Positions 33,205 through 58,613 of a stretch of DNA of 64,000 nt are shown in pieces. The stretch's first letter is position 1. Every line of letters starts with the position of its first letter. Origin of the DNA: the human T2T-CHM13v2.0 reference genome, Homo sapiens; the NCBI RefSeq assembly GCF_009914755.1, contig NC_060926.1. One strand, written 5' to 3'. A program made the translations under genes and the position numbers. A model generated the notes under the pieces. It did not search any database. It was not told where the DNA came from and saw only the letters and a list, made by a program, of their open reading frames with translations.

Positions 33205-34923
33205 GAGTTAAGTTCTCTTCTTTCAAAGTAAGAAGGTAATCGGTTAAAAATTAAAATTTTAAAAATGATGAAATAAGTATATGCATGTTGTTTATAAACA
33301 TGGAAGCAAATACCAGAAGAAATAACTGAAGAATTAAAATTGGTTGCCTCTGGAGAGAGCTGGGAAAGATGAATGCTGTTGCTAGTAATGAGCCTTGTAG
33401 AACTCTTTGGCCTTTTATACTATATATATGGGCTATATGGATTTTTTTAAGTGCCCCACCTCCTACCAAGTTCACTCAGAACACATTAGAAGATGGGAAT
33501 AGCAGTGAACACTGAGTAAATGCCTCATCCCAGGTGCTTTGCCCTCTCCTGTGCTAATGCCTTTAATGTCTTGGTGAGCATCCCTTATCCTTCCTTCAAA
33601 TTGATGGTCCGTTTAACTACATGGGTTGCACCATTGATACAGCTAATCATATTACCTTGACAGGCACTTTCCATGAAAGAATATTTTCTATTAGAAGTGC
33701 AACCAGGAATTTTTCCAGGATAATTCAGCACTTTGGCTTTGCAACATTCCATGATGTCACCTGGCACTTAAAAATAGGTACAAAACTGCTGGGCTGCCCA
33801 CAGTTAGCATTTATTATTTAGGAGTTACATGCTCTGTAGAATGGCAGGCTAAGTTATAGCTCTAGATAGACGTTAAACACCTAAATACAGATATAGAGCT
33901 CAGGAGTTAGATCTGGAATGAAAATACGGGTTTAGGAGCCAACCCTGCAATTGAAGCCACAGATGTGGATAGAGAGAGAGTGATAGCTAGAGGATTCTCA
34001 AGACAAAGGGAGGGTTTATATTTTAAGACAGAATAGATATGAACTATCAATTATTCTTGCCACTCCTGTATTTGCAACCTCTCTTCCCATACCCTCCTTT
34101 CAAGAAAAATTAGCCAGGGCCAGGGCTGCAAATAACACAGCATCAGTAATTGGTTTTGGTGCCAATTCAGGCTGCAGCTGTGTGTCTGTAAATCATCACA
34201 GTTGGTTCCAGCCAATGAGAAGATGTCTAGGTATTCAAAGGACAGTTTGCCATTTTTTCAATAGGTAATAAATACTGTTTGTCAGTTATTTTCTAATGAA
34301 AATTAGATGATATACATATTTTAACTGTAAAATATTTTAATATATTTATAAATTAAAAGCTTTACAGTAAGCTATACCAGAGGAGTATTAATTTCTTCTG
34401 GTACAGCTTAATACATATGAGTGTGTGGTAGATTTGGCACAAGCACTGATAACTATACATTCTCTTTTGATGAACACTCCAATTTAGACTTACGTAAAGT
34501 GCCTAATTTACAAAATTGATATCTGAACATGATTTAGTTATCTCAAATATAAACTTCATTGTGTGACTTGCACGTTATCCAATATGTGGCACACTCAAAA
34601 GTACTTTCTATTAAAGATGCTCAATAAAAGGTTGAATGCTGTTACAAAGAAATGGTCAATTCCTAAAAACTGCATTTGTGTGAGGTGTTGTTAACCTCTC
34701 ACTTATAATTTAAATAACTGATTGTGCTAGGAAAAGTGCAATTTGCCTTTAGAGATTGCATTTATTTGTTTCTAAATCTTGGCAAATTTGGAAAATCGCC
34801 AAAACTTTTAATGTTACCATTTTATGTTTGATCAAGGAGAAAGTTCTCTTCTCAGTTATTTACAGAGCCCCTACTATGTGTTGAATGCTTTACATGCATT
34901 TTCTCATTTAGATTCTATAATCA

Positions 34924-35226
<303 letters not shown>

Positions 35227-35367
35227 CTAATCACCATATAAGGTAGTATTTCCCTACTTTATAAAGTGGAAAAGTGATGTAGCTATATTTTTAACACAAA
35301 TCTGTCTAATTCCAAAGCCCATCATTTTGTCACTACATGCTTCCTTCATTGTAAGGTATTTAGAACA

Positions 35368-35600
35368 ATTTTTTGACACATAATAGACATATTTTGGGGT
35401 ACATGTGATATTGCAATACATTCATAAATGTGTAATAATCAAGTCAGGGTAAATGGGATACCCATCACCCTCAAAATTTATCTTTTCTTTATGCTGAGAA
35501 CATTCAAATTATTCTCTACTAGCTATTTTGAAATATACAATAGATTATTTAGTCACTCTACTGATTTATTAAACACTAGTCTTATTTCTTCTACCTACTT
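35368..35600 (-). mobile_element. L1MA-like 3' end
   Basis: catattttggggtacatgtgata...ccatcaccctcaaa...tagctattttgaaatatacaata. Confidence 0.75.
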
Positions 35601-35689
35601 TTAAAGTTCTGACTACTTTGCCTCATGATGGGGCTGCTACAGCCCTCTGTGAGGCTCAGAGCCTTCATTCACACACACCTGTCTCCTCT

Positions 35690-35965
35690 GACCAGAGTGA
35701 GAGGGGTAGCCAGCCACTGTGTTGTGGACACTCAAACAGCCTGTGGGGAAGCCCATGTGAAGAGGAGGGGATGCTGGACTCTTGCCAATGACCAGCACAT
35801 CATTGTCAGCCATGTGAATGAGCCACCTTGGAAATCCACCAGCTCCAGGCCAGCATTCAGATGACTGCCACCTCATAGGAAATCTTGAGCCACAATGGCC
35901 TATCTGGTCCATTCTCAAATACCTGATGCACAGAAACTGTGAGGATAATGGGTTTTTTTTTAAAG
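35690..35965 (+). mobile_element. MLT1 (MaLR) LTR fragment
   Basis: cagccatgtgaatgagccaccttggaa...cacagaaactgtgaggataa. Confidence 0.75.
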
Positions 35966-37059
35966 TTCTGATATTCTTTTCTAAAATATGAGTAATGCAT
36001 CTTAAATGTGAGCAATCTTCCCACTCTTAACACAAACTCTTTTTCCTTTCCCAGCAACATGGTGGCTACATAAAATTGCTTACTCTTTTATATAGGGGGA
36101 TGAGGACAGGGAGAGAAACAGGGAGGTAGGGAAGAAGGTGGGAGAAAGAAGTGAAAGAGAAAAAAAGAAAAACAAAAACCTACCCTTTGAACTCTATCTC
36201 ACTATCCGTCACCACTTCATGTCCTCTTTTCCCTTCTTGGCTCGTCTTCTTCTAAACTACATCCTAATCTTTCTATTTCTTCATCTCTACTATTACCACT
36301 GTAGTTTATGCCCTCATCTTATCTTGCCTAGAGCACTTCAATAGCTTTCTGACTAGACTCCCGTTTTGACTTTTGAGTACCTATAATCCATTTCCTATAA
36401 AAATATAACACTTTTATATGTTCATATATTATGTATAATATTTAATAAAAAGTATATTTTAAATATATGAATTAGATCATTTGTCTAAGGCCCTTCAAAA
36501 GATTTTCATTTCCTATGTTTCAAGTCCTTATACTGGCTTATATACCCATGTGAGATTGCCTCTGCCTGTCTCTTGTACATAATCTCCCTTTATTACCCCA
36601 AAAAAGACAAATTGGGGTGAAATTATAAAGAACCTAGGATAAAATGCAATAAGTCTAAATGTATCCCACAGATGAATAGTTTTCAAACATTTTTTCTAGC
36701 AGAACACTTTTTCTTATAATAAAACATTATATAAGACTCCAATATATAAAACTTGTACAAGTAAAGACTGGTTGAAGCAAGGTCCAGGGCCCCATTCCAA
36801 CCACTAATATGAATAGTTCCCTAAGGCCTTAGGTTAGATGCAGGAAGCCATCCTTTATTTCTTAATTTCTAGTTGTATTGCATTTACAGGATGGCCCTTC
36901 TAAGTCTCAACTTCCCTGTCACATTTTGTCTTTTAGCTTTAAATCTGTAAATGTTTCTTTGTTTTACATGTCATATTACTACTTCAATCTGTAGTTAGAT
37001 CTGTTACATTGTTTTGCTCTCTATGTACATACACACACACACAGCATTATTTTTAGTTT

Positions 37060-37383
<324 letters not shown>

Positions 37384-39766
37384 TAAAAAATTATATTTTT
37401 AATTTCAAAGACCTCTTTCTGATCTTCAGAGGGAAGGCATTGGGTGGATGAAGGGATGGCACTGGGAGTGGACAGAGGGAAGACACAAATCCTGATCTGA
37501 AGGGGAAGGAAGCTGGGAACACAGCACATGGCTACCAACACCAGGACCTGTTCCTGGTCCCCAGTGACTCCTAGAGACAGGGTGAGTTGAGCAGGTAAAT
37601 GGTCATCTGCTTTCACCAGGAACCTCTGGAATTCTGGTAGCAGGAGGCCCCATAATCCCCACAGACACTTGAACTGGCAGGGAGAGCTGCATACAGGAGT
37701 GGTAGGGGCAGAACTAAAGCCAGTGGGGAGCCCAGAGGGTTTGGTGTGGGAACATCTGTAGTGGAGCATGGCCATGGATGCCCACACCCCCCAAAGCTCA
37801 CCAGGCACCCCTAGGAGACTTTAGCCTTAGGGGAACTGTCAGACCTGAACAGTGCAGGACAATCTTGCCCATGAGACAGGGCCAGTCCAACCTGAGCAGC
37901 CCCCTTCACCTGGCCTCTCCTGGGGCCCCAGCCTGACCACGCCTGCTTACAGTGCAGCCTTGGATACCCCACTAGGGTACCACGTGGGCTCGCATCATAG
38001 CTCTTGCAGGGGCAAACTGGATCTGACCATTAGAGCACTCCAGCAGAGCGGCCCCCACAAATGCACACTAACCTGCTCATGCCCACCTCCCACCCACAGA
38101 CTCCCCTTCGCCCATGGCCACCCCCATATCACTTTGCTGGTACATGTGCACCTGGGCAAACCTCACCTCCCATTCACTGCCAGTGCATGGTACACATGCA
38201 CCCACTGTACCACCACTGTCAGCATGTGCACATCCTGCCACCCCCCCCCATGTTGCTATTGCCAACCTAAAGGCACACAAGGAAACCAGTTGCCCCAGCC
38301 CCCAAACTGCACCATCATTGTCACCAGCACGTTCATGCACAAAGAGATCACCAGACTCTTTTCCACTAGCGCCCCGCCCCATGTCGACCATTACTGTAAA
38401 CCTGCGCACAGAGACCAGTAGCCCTGCCCTCTGCCCTGCAGAGCCACTGCCACCCGCAGGAACATTGGCATGGAGAATCCCAACCCCACACCTGCCAGTG
38501 CCCTGGGTCACCCCCATGCCAATATCACCACTGTTGCAAATGCCCACAGAGAGGCTGGCACTCCTGCACTTGCCAGTGCCCTGCCACAGACTGTGAGAGT
38601 ACATGCTGCCATGTGGCTGGCAAATGCAAACGGGCATGGATCCCACTGACACTGCCCAAAGAGCTTTGGCTGGCACCACCATTAGTGATCAGTAGTCTGG
38701 AACACCTCAGCCCCTCCAGCACAGAAGTTTCCTAACCTCAAGGGGTGAGAGAACAAATCTGGGGGCCTGATACCAGCTCCCCAGAGTCAGAGCATGCAGC
38801 CCAGGAATCAGGAGCTGAGCCTTGGGCCCCTAAAATTATCCAGAAGTCAACTGAACCCACCTTACACCACAAGACAAACCCCCAAGGACATCAAGGAGGA
38901 TAAAAGAAAAAAAAAATCAAAAGTCAGCAACTTCAAAGATTGAAGGAACATCAGCCCACAAAGATGAGAAAGAATCAGCACAAAAAATGGCAACTCAAAA
39001 AAACAGTGTCTTCTTACCTCCAAATCATCATACTAGTTCCCCAGCAATGGTTCTTAACCAAGCTGAACTAGCTAAAATGACAGATACAGAATTCAGAATA
39101 TGGATAGGAATAAAGATTATCAACATTCAGGAGAAAGTCAAAACCCAATCCAAGGAGTATTAAGATTATAATAAAACAATACAGGAGCTGATGAGTGAAA
39201 TGGCCATTGTAAGAAAGACCAAACTGATCTGACAGAGCTGAAAAACACACTACAGGAATTTCATAATTAAATCACAAATATTAACAGAAGAATCAACCAA
39301 ACTGAGGAAAGAATCTCAGAGCTTGAAGACTGGTTCTCCAAAATAACTCAGTCAGACAAAAATAAAGAAAAAAGCAATAAAAAAGAATGAACAAAACCTC
39401 CAAGAAATATGGGATTATATAAAGAGACCAAATCTACAACTCACTGGCATCTCTGAAAGGGAGGAAGGGAAACCTAGCAACTTGGAAAACACATTTCAAG
39501 ATATCATCCATGAAAATTTCCCCAACCTCACTAGAGAGGCCAACATTCAAATTCAGAAAATGCACAGAACTCCTGCAGAATACTACCCAAGAAGATCATC
39601 CCAAAGACAAATAGTCATCAGATTCTCCAAGGTCAAAATGAAAGAAAAAATGTTAAAGGCAGCTAGAGAGAAGGAGCAGGTCACCTAGAAAGGGATCCCA
39701 TTCAGGCTTACTGCAGATCTGTCAGCAAAGGCCCTACAAACCAGAAGAGATTGGATGCCTACATTA

Positions 39767-40096
<330 letters not shown>

Positions 40097-41211
40097 GATT
40101 TTTCAACCAAGAATTTTATATCCAGCCAAACTAAGTTTGATACTCAAAGGACAAATAAGATCCTCTTCAGACAAGCAAACTCTAAGGGAATTTGGAATTT
40201 TGTTACCCCCAGACCTGCCTTACAAGAGGTCCTAAAGGGAGTGTTAAATATGGAAAGGAAAGACTGTCACCAGCCACTACAAAACCACATTTAAACTCAT
40301 AGACCAGTGATACTATAAGGCAACCACACAAACAAATCTGCATAATAACCAGCTAACAACATGACAGAATCAAATCCACACATATCTATACCAACCTTGA
40401 ATGTAAACATGCTAAATGCCCTAATTAAAAGGCATAGAGTGGCAGCTTGGATAAGAAGCAAAACCCAATGATATGCTGTCTTCAAGAAACTCGTCTCACA
40501 TGGCATTAGACCCATAAGCTCAAAGTAAAGGGATGGAGAAAAATCTACCAAACAAATGGAAAACAGAAGAAAGCAGGGGGTTGCTATCTAATTTCAGACA
40601 AAACAAACTTTAAATCAACAAAAATCAAAAAAGACAAAGAAGGGCATTACATAATGGTAAAAGGCTCAATACACACCCCATACAGGAGCACCCAGATTCA
40701 TAAAGTAAAGTTCTTAGAAATCTACAAAGAGACTTAGATAAACACACAATAATACTGGGAGACTTCAACACCCCATTGACAGTATTAGACAGATCATCAA
40801 GGCAGAAAACTAACAAAGATATTTGGGACCTGAACTCAACACTGGACCAAAGGGACCTAAGAGACATCTACAGAACTCTCCACCCAAAACCAAAAGAATG
40901 AATATACATTTCTCTCATCTGGGCATAGCACATACTCTAAAACTGACCACCCAATCGGGCATAAAACAACCCTCAGCAAATTAAAAAACACCAAAATTAC
41001 AGCAACCACACTCTCGGGCCACAGCGCAATAAAAATAGAAATTATTGCTGAGAAAATCACTCAAAACTACACAATTGCATGGAAATTAAACAACCTGTTC
41101 CTGAATGACTTCTTGGTAAACAGTGAAATTAAGGCAGAAATCAGGGGGTCTTTGAAACTAATGAGAACAAAGATACAACATACCAAAATCTCTGGGACAC
41201 AGCCAAAGCAA

Positions 41212-41448
41212 TTTTTTTTGGTTTTTTTAATACTTTAAGTTTTGGGATACATGTATAGAATGTGCATGCTTGTTACATAGGTATACACGTGCCATGGTGG
41301 TTTGCTGCACCCATCAACCTGTCATCTACATTAGGTATTTCTTCTAATGCTATCCCTCCTCTAGCCCCCCACCCCCCGGCAGGTGATGTTCCCCTCCCTG
41401 TGTCGATGTGTTCTCATTGTTCAACTTCCACTTATGAGTGAAAACATG
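41212..41448 (-). mobile_element. Short L1PA7/8-like 3' end inserted antisense in the older L1
   Basis: poly(T), tactttaagttttgggatacatg...cattaggtattt...ttatgagtgaaaacatg. Confidence 0.9.
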
Positions 41449-41603
41449 CTAAATGGGAAGTTTATAAGACTAAACACCCACATCAAAAAGTTAAAAAGAT
41501 CTCAAATTAACAACCTAACATCACACCTAGAGGAACTAGAGAAACAAGAGCAAACAAACCCCAAAGCTAGCGGAAGACAAGAAATAACCAAAATCAGAGC
41601 TGA

Positions 41604-41804
<201 letters not shown>

Positions 41805-42735
41805 TGACAAAAAGGATGTCACCACTTGCCCCACAGAAATACCAAAAACCCTCAGAGACTATTATGAACACCTCTATGAACACAGCCAGGAAATCTACCA
41901 GAAATGAGTAACTTCTTGAGAACATACAACCTCCCAAGGCTGAACCAGGAAGAAACTAAATCCCTGGAAAGACCAATAAGTAGTTTCAAAATTGAATCAG
42001 TAATAAAAAACCTACCCACCAGAAAAGACCCTAGACCAGACAGATTCACTGCTAAATTCTACTAAATGTACAAAGAAGGGCTAGTACCATTCCTTCTGAA
42101 ATTTCTCCAAAAACTGAGAAGGGATTCTTCTTTAACTCATTCTATGAGGCCAGCATCATCCTGATACCAACGCCTGGCAGAGACACACACAAAAAAGAAA
42201 ACTTCAGGCCAATATCCTTGATGAACAGAGACACAAAAATCCTCAACAAAATACTAGCACACAAAATCCAGCAGCACATCATAAAGCTAATCCACCACAA
42301 TCAAGTAGGCATCATCCCTAGGATGCAAGATTGGTTCAACATATGTAAATTTACTAAATGTGATTCATCACATAAACAGCTAACAATGAAAACCACATGA
42401 TCATCTCAATAAATGCAGAAAAGGCTTTCCATAAAAGTCAACATACCTTCATGTTAAAAACTCTCAACAAACTAGGCATCAAAAGAATGTACCTCACAAT
42501 AATAAGGGCCATTTATGACAAACCCACAGCCAGCATCATACTGAATGGGCAAAAGCTGGAAGCATTCTCCTTGAAAACCAGGAGACAAGGATGTCATCTG
42601 TCACCACTCCTATTAAACATAGCAATGGAAGTCATAGCCAGAGCAATCAGACAAGAGAAAGAAATAAAATGCATCCAAATAGGAAGAGAGGAAGTCAAAA
42701 TATTCCTGTTGGCAGATGATATGATTCTATACCTA

Positions 42736-43383
<648 letters not shown>

Positions 43384-44632
43384 TCAGATTCAGTGCTATT
43401 CCTATCAAACTACCAATGACAATTTTTTACAGAGCTGGGAAAAGCTATTCTAAAATTCATATGGAACCAAAAAAGAATAGCCAAAGCAATCCTAAGCAAA
43501 AAGAACAAAGCCAGAAGCATCACACTACCTGACCTCCAACTATAATACAAGGCTACAGTAACCAAACAGCATGGTACTAGTACAAAAACAGACAGAGAGA
43601 CCAATGGAACACAACAGAGAACCCAGAAATAAAGCCATACAACCACAACTCTCTGATCTTTGACAAGGTCAACAAAAACAAGCAATGGGGAAAGGACTCC
43701 CTATTGAATAAATGGTGTTGGGATAACTGGCTAGCCATATGCAGAAGATTGAAACTTGGCCCCTTCCTTTCACCACATACAAAAATCAACTCAAGATGGA
43801 TTAAAGATTTAAATGTGAAACCTAAAACTATGAAAACCACGGAAGACAACCTAGGAAATACCATTCTAGACATAGGACTTCGCAAAGATTTCATGATGAA
43901 GATGGCAAAAGCAATGCAATAAAAGCAAAAATTAACAAATGGGATCTAATTAAACTAAAGAACTTCTGCACAGCAACATAAACTATCAACAGAGTAAATG
44001 GACAACCTACACAATGGGAGATAATGATTTCTCAAAGAACTTAAAACAGAATTACCATTCAACCTAGCAATCACACAATTTGGTATATACCTAAAGGAAT
44101 ATAAGTTATTCTACCACAAAGACACATGCATGCTTATGTTCATCACAGCATTATTCACAATAGTAAAGACAGAGAATCAACCTAAAAGTTCATCAATGGT
44201 AGACTGGATAAAGAAAATGTGGTATAGATACACAAAGTAATACTACTCAGCCCAAAAAAAAGAAAAAGGTCATGTCCTTTGCAGCAACATGGATGGAGCT
44301 GGAGGTCATTATCGTAAACAAACTAACACAGGGACAGAAAACCAAATACTACATATTCTTGCTTATAAGTGAGAGCTAAACATTGAGTACATATGGACAC
44401 AAAGAAGGGAACAACAGACCCAAGGCCTACCTGAGGGTGGAGGGTGGAAGGAGGGTGAGGACAGAAAACCTACCTATTGGGTACTATACTTATTTCCTGG
44501 GTGACAAAATAATCTGTACACCAAACCTCTGTGACATGCAATTTACCTATATAACAAACCTGCACATGTACTCCTGAACCTAAAATAAAATTTAAAAAAA
44601 TAAAAACTAAAAAGAATAAAAAGTCTCTTTCT

Positions 44633-45600
44633 CTCATTGCTTCTTTTGGATAGTGATCTGTTCTTATTTTATTCACTTCTGGAATCATTGATTAAAATAC
44701 ATTTTATGTATTCTTCTATTCTTTAAATTCCAAGTTTCATCCAAATCCATTGTCTGCTCATCTTGGCTCTTCTTTTTCCAGCTATTGGTTTTCTTAGTGT
44801 CTGATGATCCTGGGCTATCATTCATATTTATAAATGAAGGTCTAAGTTGATGAGTACACAGGGCTCTGTTTCCTCCATCTGGTCTCTTTCCTAGAGAGAA
44901 GGGCTGACTGCCGTTATGTTAGTGGCCGTGGCCACATTAAGATGTGTGGGCCAAGGGAGGCAAGTTGAGGGCACCGTAACTGCAAAAAAGAAGAGCTTTA
45001 CACTGGTAAAGTACACTGGAGTACTTTAATGTAATTTCCTCCTGGGCAAGGCTGCCTTTCCTTTTCATTTTTTCCTCCCATCTGTGTCTGTAATATAGGT
45101 AAGTCCCAAGTCACTTCAGGTTATGCTTTCCTCAGGTTGCAACAGCCACGCCAGAAGTCTTTCCCAGATAAGTGGCTTACCTTATGTATGTACGGCTTTT
45201 GAATTTCAGGAAAGGGCAAATACTTCTGTTGTTGCTGTTGCTACTGTGTGTGTGTGTGTGTGTGTGTGTACACACACATACATGTGCTCTCCCATGCACG
45301 TGCATAACTTGAGAACAGAGGAGGAACTGAGAAAAAAAGCCATACCAGCCCTTCTATTTAAGGCACAGATCCCTATAACCAAGTCTTGAAGTTTTTGAGG
45401 CTCTACTTTCACGTACAGTTGTTTTTTCTTGTGTGTCATTTTGAGTACTTGTTTTCCAGCCTTCTGCTTCTGTCTCTCAGGAATTCCTCACAATTTTTGA
45501 TGGCACTATTTCGTGTTGTCCAACACTATTATGGGTATCTTTTCATTCTCCTCTATTTTAAAATATTTGGGGTGAAAAGGAGAAGCAGTGGCAACTGTTT
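44633..45600 (-). mobile_element. HAL1-like 5' fragment, probable host of the L1 at 37421-44618; includes (TG)12 at about 45245
   Basis: gatgatcctgggctatcattcatatttataaatgaagg resembles 10480-10515; tttaatttcaaaga at about 37400 resembles 10277-10290. Confidence 0.5.
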
Positions 45601-45689
45601 GAAAAGGAATTTTTTAAAGGGAAAAGGCCTAAAATATTTGTAAATTAAGAGGAAAGATACAGGGGAGTAACAAAGGTTAAAGATATCAG

Positions 45690-46145
45690 AACAAAACTCA
45701 AACCTCTTGCCATGACCTACCTTTCCAAATTCACCTTTTACCATTTTCCTCCATAGCTGACTATCCTCCAGAAACCTGTGCTTTCTATTCCTCAAAAAAT
45801 ATCAAGCTCATTCCTGCTTCAGAGCCTTTGTATTTGATGTTCTTTTATGTAGAAATATCTTCCCTGTGGTTTTTACATGGCTGGCTGCTTCTCATGATTC
45901 AGATCTCTTTGCAAATGTTGTTTCTTCCTAAAAGTCTTCTCCAATAACCCCCATACTTCAATCCCAGTTTTTTGTCACATTCTGTTTTGGTTTTAACTTT
46001 ATTGAGCTTATCCTAGTCCAGGATTACCTTGATTATTTCTTTGCTTACTCATCTGAGTACATGAACTAGAATGCATGCCACATAAATTTGCTCTATAATA
46101 TTCCCCAATGTATCAAAGTATTCAATAAATATTCGATGAACGGAG
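45690..46145 (+). mobile_element. L2 3' fragment
   Basis: cctgcttcagagcctttgtatttg...ttcaataaatattcgatgaa terminus. Confidence 0.7.
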
Positions 46146-46414
46146 ATTAGGGAAAAGAACACACAGCCAATGAAACAAGGCTTCCTCATAAACTTAGAGT
46201 GTCAGCCATGAAAAGAAATAACTTTTATTTTTAAGAATATGAGTGAAATAAGGATAAAAATTATGTTTTGAGGTGCTGGACAATAATTCTCTAGAAGTCT
46301 CTCACATTCCTGCAAGCAAGGCACTGCTTTGTTCTTGACTATTTTTTCAAAAATAGCAAGCAGTCTTAGAAAATCAAGCTAGTTTACTAACAGAGCAAAG
46401 GGCAGGCATGCTTT

Positions 46415-49690
<3,276 letters not shown>

Positions 49691-49906
49691 CTATAATGCA
49701 GCCCACTGTATGTACATGTGTTATCTGGCCCTTTTCATGTCACTTTAAGGTAATTAAGGTTCAGAGAGCCAGTGCAAAAATGTTGATACCTCAGCTACTC
49801 TGTTACTGTGAGTAATAAACTGTCCTTCATCTCTGACCCAAGGTCATATTTTCTAACAGGATCCATGCAACTGGCAGGCCAAATTGTTGGTTTGAAAATA
49901 TGGTCA

Positions 49907-55795
<5,889 letters not shown>

Positions 55796-55931
55796 TTAAA
55801 TATAAAAAAAAATTATCTGTAATATACTTTGAAGTGCATCAGAAGTGCATCAGAACATAAGACGGATTAATGGATAGGTGGAAGATAAATAAATGGAAAG
55901 ATAAAAACAAACAACCAAAAAAAAATGGTAA

Positions 55932-56253
<322 letters not shown>

Positions 56254-57140
56254 CACCATTTCTAAAGCTGAATTCACATTTTTTGCTTTCAGACTCCTTC
56301 CTTGGTTCCAATCCCATTGAATGGAAGCACCAACCACCTAGTTATCTTTAACAAAAATTTGTGCCGCCTTTACTACTGTTTCTTCCACAAACCTCCATAT
56401 CTAGTAAATCAACTCTCTTGCTGTTACTAGTTAAATATTTCACAAATACATCTAGTTTTCTTCATCCCTACTGCTACCATCATAGTTTATGCTGATAATG
56501 CCTCTCAAGTAATAACTCAGAAAGTTTGTATCCCTGCCTCTAATTTGACTCTTTCGAATCCATTCTCCACATTGTTGCCAGGGCAATTTTTCCAAAAAAC
56601 AATTATGTCACTTCTCTGAAAAGCCTTAATGACTACACATTGCACCAAGGATGAAATTCTGATGATACACAAGACCATGCATGAAATGATCCTTACTCAC
56701 AACTCTGGCCTCACCTCTGAACACTGAAGTCTTAGGGTCCTATGAGTCATACCATGTTCCCTAGACTCTTTGCCTTTTTACATATCATTTAATCTGAAAT
56801 GCACTTACCTATCCCTGCTTTCCTCCCTCTTCCAACCCTTCTCCTGACTAATGCTTACACACGCTAGGCCTCAGATTAGCCAAAACTTTCTCCAGGGAGC
56901 TTTCCCCAACATCAGGCCCCACTAGGATTCAGTTAGATGGGTTGTGCTTTCCTCAATCATAACATCATCTTACACACTTAAGATTTTAACTACGTATTTA
57001 CTTGTTTGTCTCCTCCACAAAACTGTAAGCAACTTGAGCCATAACAGGTAACTTACTATTTTATACCCAGGTTCTTAAACATAGTAAATGTTCTATAAAT
57101 ATTTGCTGTCAGATAAATTAATCAATGAATGAATAAACAA
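56254..57140 (+). mobile_element. L2 3' region
   Basis: tcttcatccctactgctaccat...aatccattctccaca...ataaatatttgctg...aatgaatgaataaa terminus. Confidence 0.75.
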
Positions 57141-58613
57141 ATGCCATCTCTGCCGAACAAGAGCATAAGTCCCGCATGGCAAAATCTGAATCTGATAAAT
57201 TTGCAATCATCTTATAATATGCGCTAAAAAACAAGGTTTTGGGGTTTTTTTAATTTCAGATAGGTCAAAATAAATCTTAAACTTTAAAGAACATTATGTA
57301 CAATAGAAAAGTATACTTATAATGTTGAGAAAGAGATCTCAAGAGTAACACAATTCAAGCCCCTGCCTTTAAACAAATAAAAGATAATCCCTCAGCTGTA
57401 ATCAAGTATTTATAAATTACTGTCAGCAATATTATTAAAAATAACATGAAAAATTACAAAATTAGATGTACAGAACCCCAAATAAGATATTAAAATAAAA
57501 ATTGACTTACTCTACATGAATTCATTAATATGCTAGTGTAGAAAAAGAAGAAACACTGAGAAATGTGAGTATCCCACAGAATTAGAATGCTGAAATCTAC
57601 TTGAGTTTAGAGCTTTCATAACTTTAAAATATTTGAAGCCATCCCTTTATAATAAAAAAATTGCCTTTGACAAATTGTTTTGCACATTCTATGGGAGAGA
57701 AATTCATACAAGCAAGTTTGCCCAGCTATAAAGATGATTTCCATATCCTAACTTTTAGCATATACTAACATAAATCTGCTTTAAATATATTGCATCATTC
57801 TGTATATTTTCTTTATAGCTTAATATCAACCATCAAAATCACTAGTGTCAACACCTCCTTTAAAAACATTCATGCATCATTCAAGGAAAATATTTTTAAA
57901 GCATATATATTTTGACATGTATTTTCAAACTGACAAGAACTCAGCAGTTATAAAGACTTATATTTTTCAGAGTAATAAAGTAGCAGAAAAGATAAAACTA
58001 GTCTGATAGAATTTCATTATATAATAGCTCTGAGAGTCAGTATCCTATCAATAGAAATCAGTCACTTTTATTCTCTTCTGAAAAATTATGTAAGGTGACT
58101 TGCAAAATAACTGTGGTTAGTGAAAATATTTTCAAAACAATATAACACCAGTCATTAAAATTCACAGCTGGTGTCTATTTCTCAGACTTTTCTCAATTTT
58201 CTCCTTTGCAATTCTTGAATCCAAGTCTCCTAGACCTTTAACATACCATTAAAGAATATTGTTTAAATGTTTGTTGCTAAAATATTTAAACATATTTTAT
58301 CAAAAATAGTATTTGATGAAAAGTGAAACTTTCCCCAATATGCAATTAGATTAGTTTTTAAAAATTTATATTTTCTACTAAGACAGTTAACCCATAATTT
58401 ACATTTATGTGAAAAACTGCATTATCTCATCATAATCTGGCTTTTGATAGCTAAAGCCCCTTTTTCACTTGAAGTAAAAATTGTACAGATATTACAAGGT
58501 GAAAGCAGACAGAAATTATTTTGCATTGCCAATGCTTCTGTAACATGTAGTTAAACTAAACTGACTTCACTGAATAATATCTGTTCCACAAATGATGGTT
58601 AAAAAAAAATTCA

